64,000 nt of DNA from a bacterium (GTDB lineage Bacteria > UBA8248): positions 1,184,001 through 1,248,000 of the forward strand of contig OZ253442.1 of the NCBI GenBank assembly GCA_965261085.1. The letters are read 5' to 3'. The notes under the pieces are model-generated. The model saw only the letters and a list, made by a program, of their open reading frames with translations, had not been told where the DNA came from and did not search any database. Below are positions 19,342 to 30,039 of the stretch, piece by piece. How positions within the stretch are numbered: position 1 is the stretch's first letter; each line of letters starts with the position of its first letter. Made by a program: the position numbers and the translations under genes.

Positions 19342-20760
19342 ATGGAATTGATGGCGGCAGGATATCATCTCTTCCACGTTTCCGACCTCGTGCGGTACGG
19401 CGCCAAGCCTCTGTGGGAACTGTCAGTCCGACCTGCCCTTCGCTCCGAATTCGCCAATCGCCTGCGGACGTTCCAATCGGTGGTCGATTACCTCCCTCAT
19501 CAGGTGTTCATCGGAAACCAGGGGCCGGAAGATCTGAATCGGGAGCCGAGGCCTTGGTTTTGCCGCACAAATGGGTCCGCGCCGGTAATCGGGAAGTTCG
19601 GGGAGATCCTTACCCAGCCGGATTTCTTTCTCCTCATGAAGGAAGCGGACCAGTTTGACTTGGTCTGGCTTGAATACGAGTGGCTATCCGGTCAGGAAGA
19701 CCCCTGGAGGTGCCGAGGGTGGAGTCAGGAGGGCCTCGGACCCCTGGAGGGGAAACTCTTGGGGGACATCAATGACGAGATAGACCGAGAAGGCGCTTTG
19801 CCGCTCTTCCACGAGGGGAAGACGGTGGGATGCGTGCGCCAAGCCCACGAGCAAGATCCAAATCTCGAACCGACGGTGCTTCTGGAGAATTTTGCCGCGA
19901 AGGCCACCGGTGCTTTCGCGCTGCGTCACCTGCTGACTCAACAACGGATGGATCCCGAAACGGTCGATGTGGTCCTCTCATGCTCTGAGGATGCGGTGGG
20001 CGATCGGTACAACAGGGGAGGGGGGAATCTGGCCAAGGCGATCGCGGAGATGGCGGGCTGCTCCAATGCGAGCGGGGTAGACATCAAATCCTTCTGTGCC
20101 TCGCCGGGTTACGCCATCGTCCACGGTGCGGCCCTCATCTCGGCCGGAATTGCACGCCAGGTGGCGGTGGTGGGCGGCGGCTCCCTCCCCAAGCTCGGGA
20201 TGAAGTTTCTGGGACATCTCAAGAACGACATGCCCATCCTGGAGGATGTCCTCGCCAGCATGGCCTTCCTGATGACCGGACGTACGGGGGAAGCTCCCTT
20301 CATCCGCATGGAGGCGATTGGGCAGCATCGGGTCAAGGCGGGGATCTCCGAGCAGGCGCTGCTCGAGACGCTGGTGGGCGAGCCGCTCCGGGCTCTTGGG
20401 ATGAAAATGCTGGACATCTCCCGTTTCGCCGTGGAGCTCCACAATCCGGAAATCACCGAGCCAGCGGGTAGCGGAGATGTCCCGCGCAACAACTACCGCT
20501 CGTTGGGGGCGTTCGCCGTTCTGCGGAAAGAAATACTCGCCACCGAGATCCCGGAGTTCGTGACTTCCCGGGGGATGGTGGGATTTTCCCCGACGCAGGG
20601 CCACATACCGGCCGCCGTCCCCTATGTCGGCCACGCTCTGTCCCGACTTCGGCAGGGAAGCTTGGACCACGTGATGTTCGTCGCCAAGGGAAGCCTCTTC
20701 CTCGGGCGGATGACCCAGCTGATGGACGGGATCTCGTTCGTCTTGTCACGGCCGGAATGA
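19342..20760 (+). CDS. grdC: Glycine reductase complex component C beta subunit-like
   Basis: YLPHQVFIGN, CSEDAVGDRYNRGGGNLAKAIAE, FCASP, KLGM, ELHNPEIT.PAG.GDVP..NY, PTQGHIP, KGSLFLGRMT. Confidence 0.9.
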   Translation: MELMAAGYHLFHVSDLVRYGAKPLWELSVRPALRSEFANRLRTFQSVVDYLPHQVFIGNQGPEDLNREPRPWFCRTNGSAPVIGKFGEILTQPDFFLLMKEADQFDLVWLEYEWLSGQEDPWRCRGWSQEGLGPLEGKLLGDINDEIDREGALPLFHEGKTVGCVRQAHEQDPNLEPTVLLENFAAKATGAFALRHLLTQQRMDPETVDVVLSCSEDAVGDRYNRGGGNLAKAIAEMAGCSNASGVDIKSFCASPGYAIVHGAALISAGIARQVAVVGGGSLPKLGMKFLGHLKNDMPILEDVLASMAFLMTGRTGEAPFIRMEAIGQHRVKAGISEQALLETLVGEPLRALGMKMLDISRFAVELHNPEITEPAGSGDVPRNNYRSLGAFAVLRKEILATEIPEFVTSRGMVGFSPTQGHIPAAVPYVGHALSRLRQGSLDHVMFVAKGSLFLGRMTQLMDGISFVLSRPE

Positions 20761-20786
20761 GGTCTACGCTTTGACTGGGAGATGCC

Positions 20787-22070
20787 ATGCGCCTGGAAGT
20801 TCATAATCATACCGTCCGCGAAATAGAGTTCGGATCGAAAAATCAGATGAAAGATGGCAACTTATGCATCGATCCCTCGTACTTGGAAAAGCTCGCACGT
20901 CCGCATCCGGCCATCCAGCGGGTGGCCGTTGAGATTGCGCGGCCGAACGAATCCGTGCGCATCGTCAATCCGCTCGACGCCGTCGAGCCCATCGCCAAGG
21001 CGGGGCCCGCGCCCCTGGACGCCTTCCCCGGTTTCATCGGCCCATCCCAAACGGTCGGCAGCGGCGTCACACACCGGTTAAGCAATCTGCGCGTGGTGCA
21101 GTGCGGAATCTTCCCCAAAAAGTCCACCGGCGTCCTGACCGTCCGCCCGGCAGTGATCGACATGGCTGGCCCGGCCGCCCCCCTCTGCGCCTGCTCGGAC
21201 AGCTTCAACCTCGTGCTCACGTTTTGGCCTTGTCCGGACGCGACGAACCACGAGTTTGATGTGGCCATTCGAACAGTGACTCTGCAGTTCGCCCATCATC
21301 TCGGGAGCCTCGGCTTCGAGCAGGAGCTGGACGACGTGGAAGTGTTCGACATAGCAGCGTCATCGGACGGCCAGAAGCCACGCGTCGTCTATATCGGCCA
21401 AGTCCAGGACCAAGGGGAACTCGTCCAAACCTTCCTTTACGGGCAGAGCACGCGAATCCATACCCCTACCGCTCTATACCCGACGGAAATGCTGGATGGC
21501 GCGGTGGTGAGCGGCAATTACAAGAGTGCGATGAAAATTCCCACGTTCATGCATTGCCGCAACCCGGCAATCATGGAATTGCTAGACCGGCACGACAGAG
21601 ATCTGCTGTTCGCGGGGGTGATTCTGACGCGGGGTCACAACGACAACCACTTGCTGAAGGAGCGGAGCGCCTATTTTGCGGCGAACCTGGCGCGGCTGCT
21701 TCAAGCCGATGGCGCGATCATCAGTATCGAGGGGACCGGCAACACCATCATCGATGCAATGCTGACGGTGCGGGCCTGCGAGTCGGCAGGCATCAAGACG
21801 GTGCTGAAAATCCATGAGCACGCAGGGCAAGACGGGCGCGACTTTCCGGTCGCGGATTTCGTCCCGGAAGCGGATGTCATCGTGAGCACGGGGAATCTGG
21901 ACGAGCCGTTGGTCCTGCCGCCAGTGGAAAAGGTCCTCGGGCCCCAACCGCTCGAATTCTACGAGCGCCCACCCATCGATCCATTGGCGGGCGGGGAAGT
22001 GACGGGACACGAGCTTTACGCAAGCCAGTGGCAGATGGGGATATCGGGGATTTCCTGCGTCTCCTTCTAG
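20787..22070 (+). CDS. grdE: Glycine reductase component B alpha/beta proprotein-like (GrdE/GrdI family)
   Basis: IARPNESVRI...DAVEP, FPGF..GSG.TH.L, IDMAGP, PT.LYPTE.LDGAVVSGN, KERSA, DGAIIS.EG.GN, VSTGN. Confidence 0.85.
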   Translation: MRLEVHNHTVREIEFGSKNQMKDGNLCIDPSYLEKLARPHPAIQRVAVEIARPNESVRIVNPLDAVEPIAKAGPAPLDAFPGFIGPSQTVGSGVTHRLSNLRVVQCGIFPKKSTGVLTVRPAVIDMAGPAAPLCACSDSFNLVLTFWPCPDATNHEFDVAIRTVTLQFAHHLGSLGFEQELDDVEVFDIAASSDGQKPRVVYIGQVQDQGELVQTFLYGQSTRIHTPTALYPTEMLDGAVVSGNYKSAMKIPTFMHCRNPAIMELLDRHDRDLLFAGVILTRGHNDNHLLKERSAYFAANLARLLQADGAIISIEGTGNTIIDAMLTVRACESAGIKTVLKIHEHAGQDGRDFPVADFVPEADVIVSTGNLDEPLVLPPVEKVLGPQPLEFYERPPIDPLAGGEVTGHELYASQWQMGISGISCVSF

Positions 22071-22080
22071 GAGAGAATTC

Positions 22081-23415
22081 ATGTCCATTCGAGTGGTCCA
22101 TTATCTCAATCAATATTTTGGCGGCAAGGGGGGTGAAGAAAAGGCGGATTGCCCATTGGAGATCATAGAAGGCCCCGTAGGGCCCGGGAAGCTACTCCAG
22201 CGGGAGTTGGGCGACGACGCTTTTGTGACGACCATTATTTGCGGCGACGGTACCTTCGAGAAGGCCGAAGGCCAGACCCTCGAAGAAATTCGGCGGGCCA
22301 TCCGGGGGGCATCGCCCCATGTGCTCATCGCGGGGCCAGCGTTCGCGTCCGGAAGATACGGACTGGCCTGCGGTGCGGTGGCGGCCTGTGCCATGAGCGA
22401 CTGCGGAGTCCCGGCGGTCGTCGGAATGTCGGAGGAGAATCCCGCCCTGGAGTTATATCGCGCGCATGCTTATGTGGTCCCCTCAGGGGATTCCGTCGTG
22501 GAAATGCCGGCCTCTCTGCAGCGGATGGCCCACCTCGCAGTGCGCTTGGGGAGGAGGGAATCCGTCGGAAGCCCGGAGGAGGAAGGCTACTTCCCTCGCG
22601 GCATCCGAAGGAACGCCCGCCATCGCCGCTCGGCGGAAGGGAGGGCGCTAGATCTTCTCCTCGAGAAAATCCGGATGGAGAGCCCGCGGACCGAACTTCG
22701 CCTCAGCGCGGCCGAGGTCGTTCCGCCTCCCTCACCCCTGGCCAACCTGACCGAATCCACCATCGCCGTGGTGACCGAGTGTGGGGTCGTCCCCAAGGGA
22801 AATCCCGGTCGAGTCGAAGGTGTCCGAACGCAGAAATGGGAAAAGTACAGCCTCGATGGTCTTAAGGCGCTTTCCGCCGAGACCCACGAATCCATTCATG
22901 GAGGATACGACAACACGCGGATCAACGAGGACCCCAACAGAGGCGTGCCGCTGGATGCGCTTCGGTCGTTGGAAAGGGAGGGGTTCTTCGGAAGGCTTCA
23001 CGATACCTACTACGTGACCTGCGGGAACTGGGGCAATGTCGGCGTGATGAGCCAGATCGGTAAGGTCATCGCCGCTGAACTGAAAGAGGCTGGGATTCAC
23101 GGGGTCTTGGTGCCGGCTACGTGAGGGTCGGGGACGCGTAGCGGAGCTACGCTGGCGAAACAACTCGAGGCGGCGGGGATTCCCACCGTCTTGGTAACCT
23201 GCTTCTTCACCGTTGCCTTATCTATGGGCTGCAACCGCATTGTGCGGGGCGTCCGATTCCATCACCCGTTCGGGGATCCGGAACTGACCGAGGAGAGAGA
23301 GCGCACCCTTCGGAAGGATCTGGTGCGCGCGGCTCTTCAGACGCTCACCATTTCGATAGACAAGCAAACGGTCTTCGACACGGGCGCGCTGCTAGATGCG
23401 AGCAGCGTGAATTGA
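22081..23415 (+). CDS. grdB: Glycine reductase selenoprotein B-like
   Basis: VVHYLNQYFGGKGGEEKAD, AGPAFASGRYG, VPKGNP, HGGYD, DPNRGVPLD; VPAT-UGA(23122)-GSGTRSGATLAKQLEAAGIP continues in frame to 23415; 7-bp hairpin GCGTAGC-GGA-GCTACGC 23136-23152. Confidence 0.9.
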
Positions 23416-23622
23416 AATGTCCGGGTGAATTCTTGAGGAGAAACGACGATGAAAAAAAAGGATTTCTGATGAATCGCCGGGGATTTCTCCAAAAGCTCAT
23501 CGCGCTCGGCGTCCGGGAGGGGGGAGCACACTACGTCCGGAGTTCCGCGGAGAACATCTCATGCACGCTACACACAACGCCTCAATGAGTTATAAAGCGA
23601 GGCTCTTAACTGAGGAGGGAGA

Positions 23623-24675
23623 GTGATGCCACGTAACAAAAAGATGGTGACACGGAGAAGTTTTCTGAAGAAATCTGCCTTTACTCTGGGAGCATTAACT
23701 GCAGCACCTGGCGTCCTTGCCAAGCCTAGGAAGGGGTACGCTGCTAGCTTCCCAAGCAAGCCAATACACGTGACAGTGCCCTGGAGACCGGGTGGCGGGA
23801 CGGATATTTTTACACGGGGCATTACGCCTGCCTGGGAGAAAGTTCTAGGAGTTCCGATTGTCGTCATTAACAAGCCTGGGGGCAACAACCAGGTCGGCTA
23901 CGAATATGTCTACGGTAAGGAACCTGATGGCTATAACATGGTCTTCGGCCAGCTGCCGAATTTGAATATCACATATCTCTTCCAGAAACCCCCCTACAAG
24001 GCGGAGAGCTGGTCATGGCTGGCGCTGGTTCACGATGACCAGCAGATTTTCTACTGCGCCAAGCAAGCGCCGTGGAAAGACCTGGGAGACCTGGTTGGAG
24101 ATATGAAGCGCCGCCCGGGAGAGATTAGTGTCGGAACCACCTCAAGAGGCTGGCATTACTACTTTCCCCGCCTTCTCGAAAAGAAGACGGGCCTTAAGTT
24201 CGGCAAGATACTCCCGTTCGAAAGCGGAAAGGGAGCCAGTTTGACTCGTGAAATCCGAGGCGGCCATCAGCTGCTCGCGACTCATGGTAGTTGGGTCTCC
24301 TGGGCTCGCAGAGTTCCAACATTTGCACGCGGCTTGGGGACGTGTGCCTTGAAGAGAAGTCCCTTGTGGCCAAATGTTCCTACGTGGAACGAGGTCCTGC
24401 CTCCAGAGCAGCATGTCACAGAGGATGAAATCTACCCGACTGTTTACAAGGGTTTCGTGTTTCCGAGTGCAGTCAAAGAGCAGTATCCAGACCGTTGGAA
24501 AGTGCTAGATGAAACATGGCGACAAACGATGACCACGAAGGCATTTAAGGATGCCGTTGCTAAACTTAGGGCGACAACAGTTATTCGATATAAGGGACTC
24601 GATGAGGCTGACAGAGAGATGAAGAAGTTCGACAAGATTTTGACGGAGCACAAAGACATTTTCGCGCGAAGGTAG
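23623..24675 (+). CDS. tctC: Tripartite tricarboxylate transporter binding protein (TctC/Bug), Tat signal
   Basis: TRRSFLK Tat motif, FPSKPI.VTVPWRPGGGTD, NKPGG, PDGY. Confidence 0.9.
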   Translation: MMPRNKKMVTRRSFLKKSAFTLGALTAAPGVLAKPRKGYAASFPSKPIHVTVPWRPGGGTDIFTRGITPAWEKVLGVPIVVINKPGGNNQVGYEYVYGKEPDGYNMVFGQLPNLNITYLFQKPPYKAESWSWLALVHDDQQIFYCAKQAPWKDLGDLVGDMKRRPGEISVGTTSRGWHYYFPRLLEKKTGLKFGKILPFESGKGASLTREIRGGHQLLATHGSWVSWARRVPTFARGLGTCALKRSPLWPNVPTWNEVLPPEQHVTEDEIYPTVYKGFVFPSAVKEQYPDRWKVLDETWRQTMTTKAFKDAVAKLRATTVIRYKGLDEADREMKKFDKILTEHKDIFARR

Positions 24676-24761
24676 AACAAATTTGTAGGGTGAAGCTGGA
24701 TCAAAGACAGGGATGAGGGGGAAACGTTCAATCCTGAGCACCCTCAGGAAGTAGGGCACTT

Positions 24762-25178
24762 ATGCGCTTACATCGCTTATTCTTGCCAACTTTTGCGGTT
24801 GTATTCTCAATCGGTTATTTCTTTGACACCTACTCTCTTCCATTTTCCTCGACTTTGTATCCGCGAATCCTCATAGTTCTTCTTCTTGGCTTGTCCGTCT
24901 ATGAGCTTTGGAAAGAACTCCACGATGCCAGCCCCGAAACAGAAGAAGAGAAAATGCCAAATCGCCAAATCTTGTCAAAGATTGGTGCTGTGATCATTCT
25001 TTCTGTTGCCTATGCCCTCACGGTCGAGCGCATGGGCTTCCTACTGGCGACTCCCGTATTAGTATTTTTTATGCTTCTCGTGTGCCGTGTGACGGCCTGG
25101 AAATCGATACTCATGGCAATTTGTACGACAGCGGCATTTTATACTGTATTCGTAAAGTTTCTTCTTCTTCCGCTTTAA
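24762..25178 (+). CDS. tctB: TTT small permease TctB
   Basis: 4 TMs, YPR, GFLLAT, C-terminal F...L.LP. Confidence 0.8.
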   Translation: MRLHRLFLPTFAVVFSIGYFFDTYSLPFSSTLYPRILIVLLLGLSVYELWKELHDASPETEEEKMPNRQILSKIGAVIILSVAYALTVERMGFLLATPVLVFFMLLVCRVTAWKSILMAICTTAAFYTVFVKFLLLPL

Positions 25179-25190
25179 GGGAGCGTCACC

Positions 25191-26690
25191 ATGTATGACG
25201 CGATGTGGCCCGGGCTTCATTTGCTTTTTAAATTCGAAAATTTGATTTTTCTGTTTATCGGTGTACCAATAGGAATTATTTTTGGCGCTTTACCAGGAAT
25301 AAACTCGACCACTGCCATGGTATTAATGCTTCCCTTCACTTTCTGGATGAAGCCAGAACAGGCCGTCATATTTTTGATGGCTATTGCTGGTGCCTCAATT
25401 TACGGTGGCGCAATTCCAGCGATTCTTTTTGGAATGCCTGGAACACCAGGATCTAGCGTAACCGCCATTGAGGGCTATGCAATGACCCGCAATGGCGAAG
25501 GGATTAGAGCTCTTTCCATATCAGCTCTCGCCTCTTCCATAGGAGCTTTCCTGAGCGGCATTTCCTTAATGGTACTTGCTCCCCTCCTCGCTGTTTTCGC
25601 TCTCACATTCAGCTTTCCGGAGTTGGTGCTTATTGCTTGCTTTGCCCTTATCTTCCTCGCAGCCTTCAAAAAGTCGATGACTAAAGGACTCCTGGCCGCT
25701 CTTTTAGGACTTTTATTGGCAACTATCGGGACAGACCCTTTCTTTGGATACCCCAGGATGATTCTGGGCGTAGTCGCGTTATATGAGGGCCCATCGATTA
25801 TTGTAGCCCTTATTGGCTTCCTCTGCTTTTCTGAGGTTCTGATCCTTTGTGAGAGGCAGAGCGTAGTTAGGAGGGATGTGGAAACCCGAAGGGGAATAAG
25901 AGAAGTATATTTAGGTATATCCGATGTTTTACACAAACCAATCCATGTGCTTGCCGGCACTATCGCGGGTATCATAGTTGGCGCAATTCCTGGAGCTGGC
26001 ACTGGCATAGCCAACTTTCTGGGATACGTCGCGGGGAATGCCTTATCCAAGAACCCCGATCAATTTGGCAGAGGGACAGTCGATGGCGTTATCGGACCAG
26101 AGGCCGCAAACAGCGCAGTGGAAGGCAGCTCGTTGATTCTCGCGCTTACAGTTGGTATCCCCGGTAGCGGGATGGCTGCTGTAGTTCTTGCAGCGCTTAT
26201 GATTCACGGCATTGTACCGGGGCCTGATGTTTTCATACTTAAAGGCGAGCTCGTGTGGGCTGTGATGTGGTCAATTCTTTTGGGCGCTGTCGTAGTTTGC
26301 ATTGTGGGCTTGACATTGTGCAATTATTTCGGCCGCTTGGTGAGCCTTCCCATATCATATCTAGTCCCATTTCTAGTCCTGTTCATGATCATCGGGAGTT
26401 ATGCTGCGCGCAATTCAGCAGTCGACATTGTGACGATGATAGTCCTTGGGGTGCTTGGCTATTTCATGGCAAAATCTGGGTATGAGCGGCTGGCCATCGT
26501 ATTTCCGTTTATTCTTGGTGGGATGATTGAGCAAGGAATTGTATTATCGTTGCAACGCTCAGACGGGAACCCCCTCATATTCTTCCAAAGGCCTCTCGAT
26601 TTAGTGCTTTGGGCTTTTCTTGTCCTAGGGCTTCTCTCAATTAGGTGGCTGAAACGGCGAGTAGAGCGCACAGCTGAGCCATTCGTTTAG
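25191..26690 (+). CDS. tctA: TTT large permease TctA
   Basis: GALPG, YGGAIPAIL..PGTP, PEAANSA, GIPG, G..PGP. Confidence 0.92.
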   Translation: MYDAMWPGLHLLFKFENLIFLFIGVPIGIIFGALPGINSTTAMVLMLPFTFWMKPEQAVIFLMAIAGASIYGGAIPAILFGMPGTPGSSVTAIEGYAMTRNGEGIRALSISALASSIGAFLSGISLMVLAPLLAVFALTFSFPELVLIACFALIFLAAFKKSMTKGLLAALLGLLLATIGTDPFFGYPRMILGVVALYEGPSIIVALIGFLCFSEVLILCERQSVVRRDVETRRGIREVYLGISDVLHKPIHVLAGTIAGIIVGAIPGAGTGIANFLGYVAGNALSKNPDQFGRGTVDGVIGPEAANSAVEGSSLILALTVGIPGSGMAAVVLAALMIHGIVPGPDVFILKGELVWAVMWSILLGAVVVCIVGLTLCNYFGRLVSLPISYLVPFLVLFMIIGSYAARNSAVDIVTMIVLGVLGYFMAKSGYERLAIVFPFILGGMIEQGIVLSLQRSDGNPLIFFQRPLDLVLWAFLVLGLLSIRWLKRRVERTAEPFV

Positions 26691-27768
26691 TCCCACGTGG
26701 GGTCAATCCCGCCCGGGGAGCCTGAATACGAGACTACGGATTGATAGATAACCTAAGCTTAAAGCTCAATTCTAATCTTTTCATGTGAGGATTGCACGCA
26801 GCTTTTGAACAGAAGTATGGGCAGTTGACCTGCCCTCAGTTGTTGTACCACTCCTGTGCTCCGCAAAAATTGGATCCTCCATAAAAAGAATACTTTGCCG
26901 AGGTCGCCAGATCAGGTTTAGGCGTGCCATGATCCATCTTATGGTCAAAGCCAAAGCCATTTTTCATGTTCTGATTGCCCCGTGCATGGCAAATTAGTAA
27001 ATCGCCATGCACAGGATTCATGGAGTAGGAAAAAACGACTAAAGCCCGATCCACTTCCGGGAGGGCATTTGCACAGGCCTGAGGAACCCACCGGAACCAT
27101 CTGGGTGGTGTCCTTATAGGTAACTACAACCGGTGCGTATCAGTACCAACCGGAGTCACTCAGGTTCACTTCGGGAATTGCTCAACTCCTTGAAACGTAT
27201 CGCTCCAGGTCACTACAAGCTCAATCAGGCTCATACCCCTTGCATTGCCCTTACAAGGCAACGTTTCTCGGCATCTGAATTATTCTCCCCAATATTTTTC
27301 TCGGGCCATGTCACATAATCCGTATACTGGCCCCCATGGGCACAGGGGCAGGGGGCGCGACACTCGTTTTCTGATACCGGTGCTAGCGCTCCCCCCTGCG
27401 CGCCCTCTCTCCCCGAGTGCCTTCCCCTGGATTTGAAGGCGGACAATTCACGGACAGAGCAGAGAATTAGGTTGGAAATAAAGAGATTCAAGGGGGCCGT
27501 TGGGTTCATAACCCAACGCGCGCGGAAAAAGTGGCTCGCGAGGCATTGATGCGATTCGCCGAAGAATCTTTTTATACTCAAAACCCACCACCATATAAAT
27601 TGACAGATAAAACCATTATCCTGCATCCGCTTGGGCGCGATTTTTTTAAGCGTAATATGAAAATCGTCTGGTGTTGGGCTTTATGCACAGGACGAACTAT
27701 CGACAAGCACGGAACCCAAACATTCCTGCGGTCGCCAACAAGATCGGTTTTCCAGAATCTCGCGGACA

Positions 27769-29020
27769 ATGGAAAGGAGAGCGGGAGACTTCCTGCGCGG
27801 GGGCGCGGACCCCCGGGAGGGGGAGCACCTCTTCGAGCGCAAGGCGGCGGACGCTCTCTCCCCGCGCGCTCACTCGATGAGCGAACTGCTTCTCGCGAGT
27901 TCGTTTCACATCGCCTCGGGGGAGGGCGAGGGCAAGGGTGAGTCCGGACGCTGGTCGCTGTGGGGCCCGGGGGGCGCGCTCGAGCTTCAGCGGCAGGGAC
28001 GGCGACCTCGCGCTGGACGGCGACGTCACGACGGGTCTCGTGGGCGCGGACTACGAATCGGGCAAGGCGCTCCTGGGCGTGGCGCTCGCCTGGAGCGCGG
28101 GGGATGGTTCCTACAAGGGCGCAGGCGCTGCGGGCGAGCTCGAATCCACGCTTGCGAGCGTATACCCCTACCTGCGCTACAGGATGAGCGAGCGCCTCTC
28201 GGTCTGGGGCGTCGTGGGAATGGGCGAGGGCGACCTGACGCTTAAGACGCCCACGGGCGAGACGATGGAGACCGGCCTCTCGCTGGCGATGGCGGCGCTG
28301 GGGGTGCGCGGGGCGCTTCTCTCGAGGGCGGGCTACGAGTTGGCGGTGAAGTCCGACTTCACCTTCGTGCAGAGCGAATCGGAGAAGACGACGGGCCTGG
28401 CCTCCGCGGAGGCGCAGACGAGGCGCCTGCGCCTCGTGTTCGAGGGTTCGCGCGAGATGGACTTGGGCGCCGGTTCGCTGACGCCCTCGGTGGAGGTGGG
28501 CCTGCGCTACGACGGTGGCGACGCGGAGACGGGCGCCGGCGTGGAGTTGGGCGGCGGGGTGCGCTACGCGGCTTCGGGGCTCACGATGGAGGTCCGCGTA
28601 CGGGGCCTCCTCGCGCACGAGGAGAGCGACTATGAGGAATGGGGCGTGAGCGCCTCGGTGGTCTTCTCTCCCGGTTCGGAGGGGCGCGGGCTCTCGATGC
28701 GCGTGGGTTCGGCCTGGGGCGCCGCCTCGGGCGGGGCGGGCCGCATCTGGACGGGCGGGGCGGCGGGTCTCGCGGGGAGTGCGGATCAGCCCGGCGCGAG
28801 CCTGGACGCGGAGGTGGCCTACGGGCTGGACGCCTTGCGCGGCCTGCTGACGCCGTATGCGGGCGTGGCGCTCTCGGAGAACGGCGAGACCTGGCGCGCG
28901 GGCGCGCGCTGGAAACTCGGTCCCGCCTTCGACTTGGAGCTGGAGGCGAGCCTGAAGGAACCCGTAGGGGATGAGGAGCCCGAAGGCGGACTCCTCCTGC
29001 GCGGCTCGAGAAGGTGGTAG
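27769..29020 (+). pseudogene. Truncated, frameshifted autotransporter-like beta-barrel remnant
   Basis: LLLASSFHIASG...GRWSLWG shifts frame near 27965 into LDGDVTTGLVGADY...LTPSVEVGLRYDGGDAETGAGVELGGG...LRGSRRW; no passenger or signal peptide. Confidence 0.7.
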
Positions 29021-29401
29021 GCGGACCGCTTCCCGCTTGAAGCGGACGCCGCCGCCGGAGGAATCCGGCGGCGCTACGGGGCGCGGGCGGTGGTTCCCGA
29101 ACCGACGTTTCGGGCTGGACTTTGGAGGAGCGCCGCACGATTCACCGACACGTGTAAAAGTTCAGTCGTGGGGTGATAGAGTGGACCACAGCATCGACTG
29201 GGTCGATCTTGACGGCGGGTTCACGGACATGATGACCAGATTGAGAATGCTAGCCGTATACCGCAACCGCTTGATTCTTCTGCCGCCTTCGAATTAAGAA
29301 AGCACCGGGTCAAGCCAACTATGATCGGGAAGAACACAGAAACGTCGCTGGCCCCGACGACGCCATCACCCCACGACTGAACCATTACGACGTGGACGCG
29401 A

Positions 29402-29562
29402 CGGGATGCGCAGAAGTTTCAATGAATCCGCTTTCGTTTTGATTACTAATTGTAGAAGGCAGATTCTGAATAAATTCAGAAAACTTATATATCCAAAATA
29501 ATTTCAATAAGATATAGGGGTTTCATAGCCGATCAAAACCTCTTAATGTCTCTAAGACGAGC
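29402..29562 (+). repeat. Direct repeat copy 2 (161 bp, AT-rich)
   Basis: Matches 8739-8899; weaker similarity extends about 40 bp upstream (CCATCACCCCACG). Confidence 0.95.
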
Positions 29563-29593
29563 GAAGGCAAAAACAGAATGAGGATTGAACCCT

Positions 29594-29875
29594 CTACCGA
29601 ACCGCCTGGACTTCGAGCCGAAGCCCCTCGCGCTCCTGGAGACAAGCGATGACCTCGAACAAATTGCGGGCTTGGGGTCAGCCCCGACCGAAGAGGGAGT
29701 CGAGCTTCCCCGAGGAGGGGAAGGTCGTGCCGGCCCGAACATGCGCATCAAGCTCTTGGGCGATTTTCCGGTGAGGTCAATCGCGACTGATGAAGGAGCG
29801 ATTGCTACGATTGATGAAAGCCGATGGTCGCGTTGATGAAATCGCGCAGCACCGCCTTGCCGACTTCCATCCGAT
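29594..29875 (-). pseudogene. Disrupted addiction-module antitoxin/HTH regulator
   Basis: Fragments EVGKAVLRDFINATIGF, DLTGKSPKSLMRMFGP and QARNLFEVIACLQEREGLRLEVQAVR* separated by inserted sequence; second fragment IGKAVLRDIINATIGFE at ~30378-30430. Confidence 0.65.
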
Positions 29876-29890
29876 GTGTGTCTCAGAATT

Positions 29891-30039
29891 ACTCCCCCCT
29901 TGAGGGGGAGTCAGTGAGGTAAGGGCGTTAGCCCGCTAGTGAACTGGTGGGGGGAGCTTTTACTTTAGAATCATCCCCCCACCGCATCAGCCTTCGCACA
30001 AAACACTCGGCTTCTGCGACTCCCCCTCAAGGGGGGAGT
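29891..30039. repeat. REP/BIME-like element (paired ACTCCCCCCTTGAGGGGGAGT palindromes)
   Basis: Two inverted palindromes with internal hairpins; inverted homolog at 30451-30642. Confidence 0.8.

Noticed and set aside
18833-23415. grdA and grdB (also 11432-12082 and 52913-53599) as nonsense pseudogenes
   Set aside because: Each stop is UGA exactly at the known Sec/Cys redox position, with in-frame continuation and a downstream hairpin
26836-27700. Short ORFs and a TAACTACAAC motif faintly like the 23S rRNA I-CeuI site
   Set aside because: No recognisable protein motif or rRNA context; treated as decayed intergenic DNA
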